Positions 12,158 to 22,500 of a stretch of 32,987 bases of DNA are shown piece by piece. The translations under genes were made by a program, and so were the position numbers. Numbering within the stretch: the stretch's first letter is position 1; the number at the start of each line of letters is the position of its first letter. Below the pieces are notes generated by a model. It worked only from the letters and a program-made list of their open reading frames with translations. It did not search any database and had not been told where the DNA came from. Source of the stretch: Nemertoderma westbladi (lineage: Eukaryota; Animalia; Xenacoelomorpha); contig JAUCBJ010006251.1 in NCBI GenBank assembly GCA_032718475.1, positions 1-32,987 on the forward strand. Direction: 5' to 3'.

Positions 12158-12431
12158 TGGCGCATTAGGTCATAGCGTTAGGTCCTGTAGCATATACAGT
12201 ATCTGACTGTTGATTCTCTATTAATCTATTCTACAATATCCCTAAACTCTCGTTTATTGTTTTGGTTCCTTTCAACTCGCATCTGTAACCTGCTTCTTTA
12301 CTAACTTGCCTGAGTTTGGAGGCAGACTGGACCTATTGACCTAATGGCACGGCCCTAACGCTGCCAGGACCTAACGCCACGGACCTAATGCTACCAGGAC
12401 CTAATGCGCCAGGACCTAACGCAACATAACC
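12158..12431. mobile_element. Right part of the foldback/MITE split by the LTR insertion
   Basis: tggcgcattaggtcatagcgttaggtcctgtagc continues the left-arm repeat; ggacctaatgcgccaggacctaacgc at ~12397-12422 is its reverse complement. Confidence 0.6.
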
Positions 12432-12931
12432 AAATTTTTCATAGCGGGAGCGGGGTTGAAAAACCAAATGTCACAGACTGAATTGAATTCAAGTTATGGG
12501 TTTAATGCATTATTCCGACTGTACCTACTGTACAACCTACAGTGTTGTTGTAGAGTACAAGACAGAAAGGAAGATTATTTCGAGAGTTTATTTCGGTAGT
12601 TTAGTTTTACCGACGGACTGACGGATGCTGTTCATTATCGCAGTATCGTACCTGACGCAGTAACGCGTACCGCTGTACCGATGCAACAGTAGTCAGGTAG
12701 TCCTACGCGGCTGTGTACTCGCATGTCAGCATGACAGCATGTACGTACAGAGTAAGCTGTAACTGTACGCTTATATCTGTTAATCTGTAGGCCTACCTCA
12801 GTACCTATATACTGATAAAGCCCTATCTGCTCCAATCTGGAGCGCGGGGAGTGTATGTGAAACGGGATTCCATTGTCATCGGATATTTTTAACTGTAAAC
12901 TGTGTAACGATAGTGTTCGTTCAGATACGAG

Positions 12932-13279
12932 ATGAAGTTCACAAGAATACTCAATGGTGGAGGAGGGAAGATTGTCTACCCGAACTGGAAATATTTCCAG
13001 GTTAAAGATGTTCCTCAGCTCGTAAAAGTGGAGAAAGACCTCGCGGATATGGGATTGAAGAACCCTTGGTTACGTAACGAGGTGTGGAAGTACACGCTGG
13101 CCCCTGGACAAGCGCACCGTAGTCCGTTAATGCAGAGGGGGGTTCTGTACGGATTCATTTTATGCGGGGCACTTCTCGTGGTGGACAATGTTATACGGCG
13201 GTTTGTTATTGGGGAGAAGGGATACAAGGGGTGGGTGGTGGGGGCCTGGCACGGAAACCCATACGAGGAACATCACTGA
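12932..13279 (+). CDS. NDUFB3: NADH:ubiquinone oxidoreductase subunit B3 (B12), 115 aa, uninterrupted CDS
   Basis: Motif P(N)WKYFQV...LADMGLKNPWLRNEVWKY matches the family pattern PDY.QW...LA..GL.DPW.RNE.W.Y. One hydrophobic TM segment, C-terminal HH, AATAAA at 13336-13341. Confidence 0.9.
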   Translation: MKFTRILNGGGGKIVYPNWKYFQVKDVPQLVKVEKDLADMGLKNPWLRNEVWKYTLAPGQAHRSPLMQRGVLYGFILCGALLVVDNVIRRFVIGEKGYKGWVVGAWHGNPYEEHH

Positions 13280-14074
13280 ATCAACTGCGACTTCTACATA
13301 TATATGTACCGATAGTTGTAATACTGAAATACTGAAATAAAGGTATTACATTGAGATATAGAGTTACAAAAATGCAGAAATGCTGCTAAATAGAACGCGT
13401 TTACTTTACGTCTGTTAATATTTTTACGTTTTGTTATTAGAGTCTCAGATTTTACATTAATTATAGTCAGTTTCGTAGTTAACCAAATCTGCACCTTTTC
13501 CGTTATTTCTGGGACTCAAATCATTTCCTCGCCCAATTAATTACCTAATGCCCTAAAAATTGTAAAGTCCATATTTAATTTTATTTTTATATTACAATCG
13601 TTAAGGTAATCGTTAAGGTTCTAATTATTCAAAAGTCTCAAATATGAATATAGAAATTTTCAACATTTATCCATATTTAAGTATAAACTAAATGATGTCG
13701 TATTTAAAATTTTTTCACCATAAAAATAATTCTAAAATCAAGTAAATTGATTTAAATTAAATTATTCAACATTACAAATCAATTTAGAAAAAGGCGTTTA
13801 CAATATTACACAGTAAATCAATGAATTCAATTTAATTAATTATTCAACATCATAAAAATAATTTAGAGTTTTTATTGTTACGATTACATAATAAAACTGA
13901 TTTGAAATTATTATATAGGGCATACCAATTAATATTCAAATAGTAACACATCTTTACGTTATTTTCACTACTCGAGATATTTTATTTTATTGAGCGTAGC
14001 GAGGATAATAAGGAATCGAGAGCAGATTGAAAATATGTTCCCAGTTTTTTTTACCACTCAATATTATACTCCCA

Positions 14075-15759
14075 CACTACCTACATCTAATAAGTCGACC
14101 ACTACCTACATCTAATAAGTCGACCATTACCTACATCTAATAAGTCGACCACTACCTACATCTAATAAGTCGACCACTACCTACATCTAATAAGTCGACC
14201 ACTACCTACATCTAATAAGTCGACCACTACCTACATCTAATAAGTCGACCACTACCTACATCTAATAAGTCGACCACTACCTACATCTAATAAGTCGAAC
14301 ACTACCTACATCTAATAAGTCGACCACTACCTACATCTAATAAGTCGGCCACTACCTACATCTAATAAGTCGGCCACTACCTACATCTAATAAGTCGACC
14401 ACTACCTATATCTAATAAGTCGACCACTACCTACATCTAATAAGTCGGCCACTACCTACATCTAATAAGTCGGCCACTACCTACATCTAATAAGTCGACC
14501 ACTACCTACATCTAATAAGTCGACCACTACCTACATCTAATAAGTCGGCCACTACCTACATCTAATAAGTCGACCACTACCTATATCTAATAAGTCGACC
14601 ACTACCTACATCTAATAAGTCGGCCACTACCTACATCTAATAAGTCGACCACTACCTATATCTAATAAGTCGACCACTACCTACATCTAATAAGTCGGCC
14701 ACTACCTACATCTAATAAGTCGACCACTACCTACATCTAATAAGTCGACCACTACCTATATCTAATAAGTCGACCACTACCTACATCTAATAAGTCGACC
14801 ATTACCTACATCTAATAAGTTGACCACTACCTACATCTAATAAGTCGACCACTACCTACATCTAATAAGTCGACCACTACCTACATCTAATAAGTCGACC
14901 ACTACCTACATCTAATAAGTCGACCACTACCTAAGTACCTACATCTAATAAGTCGGCCACTACCTACATCTAATAAGTCGACCACTACCTACATCTAATA
15001 AGTCGACCACTACCTACATCTAATAAGTCGGCCACTACCTACATCTAATAAGTCGACCACTACCTACATCTAATAAGTCGACCACTACCTACATCTAATA
15101 AGTCGACCACTACCTACATCTAATAAGTCGACCACTACCTACATCTAATAAGTCGACCACTACCTACATCTAATAAGTCGACCACTACCTACATCTAATA
15201 AGTCGACCACTACCTACATCTAATAAGTCGACCACTACCTACATCTAATAAGTCGACCACTACCTACATCTAATAAGTCGACCACTACCTACATCTAATA
15301 AGTCGACCACTACCTACATCTAATAAGTCGACCACTACCTACATCTAATAAGTCGACCACTACCTATATCTAATAAGTCGACCACTACCTACATCTAATA
15401 AGTCGACCATTACCTACATCTAATAAGTCGACCACTACCTACATCTAATAAGTCGACCACTACCTACATCTAATAAGTCGACCACTACCTACATCTAATA
15501 AGTCGACCACTACCTACATCTAATAAGTCGACCACTACCTACATCTAATAAGTCGGCCACTACCTACATCTAATAAGTCGACCACTACCTACATCTAATA
15601 AGTCGACCACTTCCTACATCTAATAAGTCGACCACTACCTACATCTAATAAGTCGACCACTACCTACATCTAATAAGTCGGCCACTACCTATATCTAATA
15701 AGTCGACCACTACCTACATCTAATAAGTCGGCCACTACCTATATCTAATAAGTCGACCA
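14075..15759. repeat. 25-bp minisatellite (cactacctacatctaataagtcgac), ~67 copies
   Basis: Very homogeneous period-25 array; recurrent variants gtcggc, ctatat, ccatta; one small internal insertion near 14931-14940. Confidence 0.97.
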
Positions 15760-16049
15760 TTGTCTTTTCAATCAGTCGAGTTAAGAATAATGACATTAAT
15801 ATCTCCCTCCCGATTAACATTCACCAAATTTTTTTTTTAAAGGATTTTAGAATTTTTTTCATAAATTATCTTATTTTACGGTTTTGATACCTATAGGTTA
15901 ATTTTTAGCGTTGTTTTACCGAAATAGCAAAACATTTCGAAATTACAAATGTTCAAAATTTTGATGAAAATTTAAAAAGTTTAGATAACTCGAAAACGAA
16001 AGAACTAAAAAATAAAATGTATTTTTTTTTGTGCCGATATTTGGCCCTT

Positions 16050-16528
16050 TGGCCCATGTGAAGAATACCAGACTTTCTGCCGTTATATTTCACTTTGTAG
16101 CTACCCCCATGTGAAGAATACCAGACTTTCTACCGTTATATTTCACTTTGCAGTTACCCCCATGTGAAGAATACCAGACTTTATGCCGTTATATTTCACT
16201 TTGCAGTTACCCCCATGTGAAGAATACCAGACTTTCTGCCGTATATTTCACTTTGCAGTTACCCCCATGTGAAGAATACCAGACTTTCTGCCGTTATATT
16301 TCACTTTGCAGTTACCCCCATGTGAAGAATACCAGATTTTCACCAAAAATACAGGTTACAGAAGGGCTGAATCTAACCAAAACAATAAACGAATTAGTAT
16401 ATGTACAGGTTATAAGACAGAAATAAGCGCTATAAAACACTTAGTAAAGATAAATTAAAAAAAAATAAAAAATCTTCATATATAAAATTCCAATAAAAAG
16501 AAATCCTGGTATTCTTCACATGGGCGAA
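16050..16528. mobile_element. MITE-like element whose left end is amplified as a 53-bp tandem repeat (~5.5 copies, 16053-16340)
   Basis: Unit begins cccatgtgaagaataccag (16053, 16106...). A single inverted copy ctggtattcttcacatgggc lies at 16506-16525. Confidence 0.75.
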
Positions 16529-16772
16529 CTAAACTATTACAATTATAACCTAATCCCGGCTTCAAAATGGCCGATGGTGTTAAATTTGATATATATCATT
16601 TGGAACCAAAGTTAGATAACTTGAACCTTCGCAGCAAACCTCTAAGCCCGGAACACTGTGAGGAACCTGTTCCCCTTAGCTCCATCTACCATCTCCATTT
16701 CATTTTTCTCTTAGATTAGATTTATTTTTCCTCAAAAGTATTTGTTCACGGTTTAGTTGACACAAGTGACCA

Positions 16773-17174
16773 TTATTACCGTACCGTGTATGGGGGGGGG
16801 GGGGGGGGGGGGGGGGGTTTGTCCCCAGAGCGATATATCCGTTATTTAAGAATCAATCGAAACGAAATTTGGACGAAGCGTTAGTTAGTATATAGGCCAG
16901 ACGACGGTTTCATACATACAATTGGGTGTCCATATAATATTTGTGCAATGCGAGCGCTATTAGCATTATTTTCGCACGGTTTAGGAAAAATCTATCTTGT
17001 CATAGGGAACACAATCAATGCTTTTATTAGATTAATGGAGGCCGATTTTTATATTTTGACCAACATAGTGACCTAATTGAAGATTAATTAGGGTAATCAA
17101 TTAGCATTAAGAAGAAAATTTGAATTTTGTTCACGTAGCAGGACACTGTATGAGTATAATATATATACCCTGGT
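16773..17174 (+). mobile_element. Possible Helentron-associated (HINE/DINE-like) non-autonomous element containing a G26 run (16792-16817)
   Basis: Layout ttattacc... / simple-sequence tract / tttgtcc...gcgatatatc...cgaaatttggac recalls such elements. Resemblance from memory only; boundaries approximate. Confidence 0.3.
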
Positions 17175-17292
17175 AGAAAGAACCGGCAGTACACCTCACG
17201 GTAATGCGCCCTCTTGGACCAGCAACGCTATTCCAAGATGGAACTGGTAGAGCGGTTAGCGGAGCGTAAGAGGGGGGCATCAGCGTTTACCA

Positions 17293-17388
17293 AAAATACG
17301 TAGTTTATTGTTGGTACAAAAAGTACGTAGTCAATAAAATACGTAGTTTATTGTTGGTACAAAAAGTACGTAGTCAATAAAATACGTA
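17293..17388. repeat. 43-bp tandem duplication (2.2 copies) just downstream of RRP36
   Basis: aaaatacgtagtttattgttggtacaaaaagtacgtagtcaat at 17293 and 17336. Confidence 0.9.
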
Positions 17389-17649
17389 ACGTTTACATTA
17401 TTTTGGTTTTATTCGCTGCAAAAATATCCTTTTACATTCGAAGTAGAAAGTATGACATTTTCTTCTGGAACTTTATAAATTCCCACAATACGTGGTACTT
17501 AGCGTTACAAACGATGTTATATAAGCCTCAACGAGGAATACAAATAAATACCAGGTTGTTAGATATAGAAAGGAAATTACCACACAGGCCTAGAGTTTGT
17601 TATCCAATATTATAATATAATTATCAATAGAATAACATAAACTCATCAG

Positions 17650-18393
17650 TTAACTGTCCCTTTTTCTCCGGAATGGAATTCTACTTTTCATACGTTTCTC
17701 TCGACGTTGTGATTTTTTGGCCATAACTTTATCGAACTTCCCGCTTTCTTTCAGGATATCAGTTTTACGTTTCTCCACCAACCGCCTCATACTGGTTTCG
17801 TTTAAGAAGAACGGCTTCTTCCCTTGCTGAATTTTCTCGATCTCTTTCTCCTTTATATCCCTCCGTATTTCCCGCTCGGTTTGTCTATCTTTACGAACTT
17901 TACTCTGAGTTTCCAACCGGTTCAATAATTGGCGCAATTCACCTTTTTTGCCCTCGTTTTTACACTTCTTCAACTCTTTAGACACCAGCTTTCTGTCTCT
18001 ACTTTCCATGTCGAATAAGAAAGAATAAGAATTATTAAACTTTTCCTCGTTAAACTCTGAGTTTAAACTATCGAATCGTGGGTCTCTCCTGATTGGGCGA
18101 TCGTGTTTCTTATTAGATCTAACGGGTCGCTTCGATGATATCTCCATGGGGGCGTCCCGACTAGTCTGGGCGTTCGGTACCGTGGGCCTGTGTCGCCTAG
18201 TCGACGCCTTGTCCCCGACCGAGGAACCCAAGACTTCCGCGATGAACCGCTTAGTGCCGATTCGCTCTCGAAGTTCGGCGAGGTTCGCGAAGTTTACATC
18301 CGATAGATCCCGTCGTAGAGCCGTGGTGTCAGAGTCCTTCTCCATAGCGACCCGTCGCAGAGCCGATCCGGTGGTGTCAGAGGCCATCTCCAT
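17650..18393 (-). CDS. RRP36: Ribosomal RNA processing protein 36 (DUF947), 247 aa, uninterrupted CDS
   Basis: Conserved APMEISSKRPV...RDPRFDSL...F...YSFL and EKIQQGKKPFFL motifs; highly basic C-terminus; intact ATG to TAA. Confidence 0.92.
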   Translation of the reverse strand: MEMASDTTGSALRRVAMEKDSDTTALRRDLSDVNFANLAELRERIGTKRFIAEVLGSSVGDKASTRRHRPTVPNAQTSRDAPMEISSKRPVRSNKKHDRPIRRDPRFDSLNSEFNEEKFNNSYSFLFDMESRDRKLVSKELKKCKNEGKKGELRQLLNRLETQSKVRKDRQTEREIRRDIKEKEIEKIQQGKKPFFLNETSMRRLVEKRKTDILKESGKFDKVMAKKSQRREKRMKSRIPFRRKRDS

Positions 18394-18743
18394 TGCGACA
18401 CAAATACTATATAAACTAATATATTAAGGGAAAAGTAGTTCCATCAACTGAACAAACACAATTAATAATTATCACGGACAAGGCAACAGCTAACCTTATA
18501 TGGCTCTGGCATAGAAATTCTGTATGTCAGTTTTGCTTTTATTACAATTAACTTTAACATTCCCCCTCGCTATGTGATTCAAAAAGTTTGTTCCACCTTT
18601 GAGACAAAATATCTTAGATTAACAACAACGCAAAAAAGAGATAACAGTTTCATCTGAAACTGTTGTCAATGCCATTAAATAATCCTAGACTTCTTACTGC
18701 AAAGAAAATAATGAAAATATAGGATCACAAAATATGGTGTCGA

Positions 18744-19319
18744 TACGGTACGGTAAGGTAAGGTAAGGTAAGGTAAGGTAAGGTAAGGTAAGGTAAGGTA
18801 AGGTAAGGTAAGGTAAGGTAGGGTAAGGTAAGGTAAGGTAAGGTACGGTACGGTACGGTACGGTAAGGTATGGTACGGTGCGGTGCGGTATGGTATGGAA
18901 GCCTATCTGTAGGTCGACTATTTATATGAATTAGGAGAATTACTGTATCAACACAGTGTCGACCACACTTTTAGGTGGAATGATTTTTTCATGACTTTTA
19001 GCAGATCATAAGATGCATTCGCTTTCAGCAGTGAACTGTTAAGTGTAAATAATACAAATTCACATTAGAGGTAGATGTTACGGCACGGCACGGTACGGTA
19101 CGGCACGGTACGGTATAATGGTACGGTACGGTACGGAAGCCTATCTGTAGGTCGACTATTTAAATGAATTAGGAGAATTACTGTATCAACACAGTGTCGA
19201 CCACACTTTTAGGTGGAATGATTTTTTTCATGACTTTTACCAGATCATAAGATGCATTCGCTTTCAGCAGTGAACTGTTAAGTGTAAATAATACAAATTC
19301 ACATTAGAGGTAGATGTTA
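18744..19319. repeat. (GGTAA)n/(GGTAC)n pentamer microsatellite plus a near-identical 184-bp tandem duplication
   Basis: Pentamers at ~18744-18896 and 19081-19134; duplicated block ggaagcctatctg...gtagatgtta at 18897-19080 and 19135-19319. Confidence 0.92.
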
Positions 19320-19532
19320 TCGTGACCATAGAGCCAGAGTACCACACAGAATTAAAAAACAATGTATTCATCAAATAGTATCATCAAGATGACATTACGC
19401 ATCATAATGTTAAAATCATAGGAGTCAATGGCGCAAAATGACCGCAAACACAAAATAAATTTAAGTGAGTTTTAAAAATTAGTTCAATTTAATTAAAAAC
19501 ATTAAGGGAAATGAGCAGGTTAAGGTTACTGA

Positions 19533-22500
19533 GTAATTGTGTGGGTTGTTCTATCTCTGTGACAAAATATCAGAGGAAAATCAACCCCCTAATTGTGTGG
19601 GTTGTTCTATCTCTGTGACAAAATATCAAAGGTAAAATAAAACAACCCATACCACAGAAACCCAAGTCGTGGTAATTGTGTGGGTTGTTCTATCTCTGTG
19701 ACAAAATATCAGAGGTAAAACAACCCATATCAAAGAAACCCAAGTCATGGTAATTGTGTGGGTTATTCTATCTCTCTGACAAAATATCAGAGGTAAAACA
19801 ACCCGCACCACAGAAACCCAAGTCGTGGTAATTGTGTGGGTTGTTCTATCTTTGTGACAAAATATCAGAGGTAAAACAACCCGCACCACAGAAACCCAAG
19901 TCGTGGTAATTGTGTGGGTTGTTCTATCTTTGTGACAAAATATCAGAGGTAAAACAACCCATATCAAAGAAACCCAAGTCATGGTAATTGTGTGGGTTAT
20001 TCTATCTCTCTGACAAAATATCAGAGGTAAAACAACCCGCACCACAGAAACCCAAGTCGTGGTAATTGTGTGGGTTGTTCTATCTCTGTGACAAAATATC
20101 AGAGGTAAAACAACCCATATCAAAGAAACCCAAGTCATGGTAATTGTGTGGGTTATTCTATCTCTCTGACAAAATATCAGAGGTAAAACAACCCGCACCA
20201 CAGAAACCCAAGTCGTGGTAATTGTGTGGGTTGTTCTATCTTTGTGACAAAATATCAGAGGTAAAACAACCCGCACCACAGAAACCCAAGTCGTGGTAAT
20301 TGTGTGGGTTGTTCTATCTCTGCAACAAAATATCAGAGGTAAAACAACCCGCACCACAGAAACCCAAGTCATGGTAATTGTGTGGGTTGTTATGTCTCTG
20401 TGACAAAATATCAGAGGTAAAACAACCCACACCACAGAAACCCAAGTCGTGGTAATTGTGTGGGTTGTTCTATCTCTGTAACAAAATATCAGAGGTAAAA
20501 CAACCCGCACCACAGAAACCCAAGTCATGGTAATTGTGTGGGTTGTTCTATCTTTGTGACAAAATATCAGAGGTAAAACAACCCGCACCACAGAAACCCA
20601 AGTCGTGGTAATTGTGTGGGTTGTTCTATCTCTGTGACAAAATATCAGAGGTAAAACAACCCGCACCACAGAAACCCAAGTCATGGTAATTGTGTGGGTT
20701 GTTATGTCTCTGTGACAAAATATCAGAGGTAAAACAACCCACACCACAGAAACCCAAGTCGTGGTAATTGTGTGGGTTGTTCTATCTTTGTGACAAAATA
20801 TCAGAGGTAAAACAACCCGCACCACAGAAACCCAAGTCGTGGTAATTGTGTGGGTTGTTCTATCTTTGTGACAAAATATCAGAGGTAAAACAACCCGCAC
20901 CACAGAAACCCAAGTCGTGGTAATTGTGTGGGTTGTTCTATCTTTGTGACAAAATATCAGAGGTAAAACAACCCGCACCACAGAAACCCAAGTCGTGGTA
21001 ATTGTGTGGGTTGTTCTATCTCTGTGACAAAATATCAGAGGTAAAACAACCCGCACCACAGAAACCCAAGTCGTGGTAATTGTGTGGGTTGTTCTATCTT
21101 TGTGACAAAATATCAGAGGTAAAACAACCCGCACCACAGAAACCCAAGTCGTGGTAATTGTGTGGGTTGTTCTATCTCTGTGACAAAATATCAGAGGTAA
21201 AACAACCCGCACCACAGAAACCCAAGTCATGGTAATTGTGTGGGTTGTTATGTCTCTGTGACAAAATATCAGAGGTAAAACAACCCACACCACAGAAACC
21301 CAAGTCGTGGTAATTGTGTGGGTTGTTCTATCTTTGTGACAAAATATCAGAGGTAAAACAACCCGCACCACAGAAACCCAAGTCGTGGTAATTGTGTGGG
21401 TTGTTCTATCTTTGTGACAAAATATCAGAGGTAAAACAACCCGCACCACAGAAACCCAAGTCGTGGTAATTGTGTGGGTTGTTCTATCTCTGTGACAAAA
21501 TATCAGAGGTAAAACAACCCGCACCACAGAAACCCAAGTCATGGTAATTGTGTGGGTTGTTATATCTCTGTGACAAAATATCAGAGGTAAAACAACCCGC
21601 ACCACAGAAACCCAAGTCATGGTAATTGTGTGGGTTGTTCTATCTCTGTGACAAAATATCAGAGGTAAAACAACCCATATCAAAGAAACCCAAGTCATGG
21701 TAATTGTGTGGGTTATTCTATCTCTCTGACAAAATATCAGAGGTAAAACAACCCACACCACAGAAACCCAAGTCATGGTAATTGTGTGGGTTGTTCTATC
21801 TCTGTGACAAAATATCAGAGGTAAAACAACCCATACCACTGAAACCCAAGTCATGGTAATTGTGTGGGTTGTTCTATCTTTGTGACAAAATATCAGAGGT
21901 AAAACAACCCGCACCACAGAAACCCAAGTCATGACAATTGTGTGGGTTGTTCTATCTCTGTGACAAAATATCAGAGGTAAAACAACCCGCACCACAGAAA
22001 CCCAAGTCATGGTAATTGTGTGGGTTGTTCTGTCTCTGTAACAAAATATCAGAGGTAAAACAACCCGCACCACAGAAACCCAAGTCATGGTAATTGTGTG
22101 GGTTGTTCTATCTCTGTGACAAAATATCAGAGGTAAAACAACCCATACCACAGAAACCCAAGTCATGGTAATTGTGTGGGTTGTTATGTCTCTGTGACAA
22201 AATATCAGAGGTAAAACAACCCACACCACAGAAACCCAAGTCATGGTAATTGTGTGGGTTGTTCTATCTCTGCAACAAAATATCAGAGGTAAAACAACCC
22301 GCACCACAGAAACCCAAGTCATGACAATTGTGTGGGTTGTTCTATCTTTGTGACAACATATCAGAGGTAAAACACCCATACTACAGAAACCCAAGTCGTG
22401 GTAATTGTGTGGGTTGTTCTATCTCTGTAACAAAATATCAGAGGTAAAACAACCCATACCACAGAAACCCAAGTCGTGGTAATTGTGTGGGTTGTTCTAT

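Noticed and set aside
14075-15759. CRISPR array or telomeric repeat
   Set aside because: Head-to-tail 25-mer without spacers; interstitial and unlike known animal telomere repeats.
16148-16426. Short ORFs over the 53-, 31- and 28-bp arrays (also 29593-29931, 31231-31506)
   Set aside because: Repeat-derived peptides with no coding evidence.
18744-18896. (GGTAA)n as an insect-type TTAGG telomere seed
   Set aside because: GGTAA/TTACC is not a permutation of TTAGG/CCTAA and it grades into GGTAC; ordinary microsatellite.
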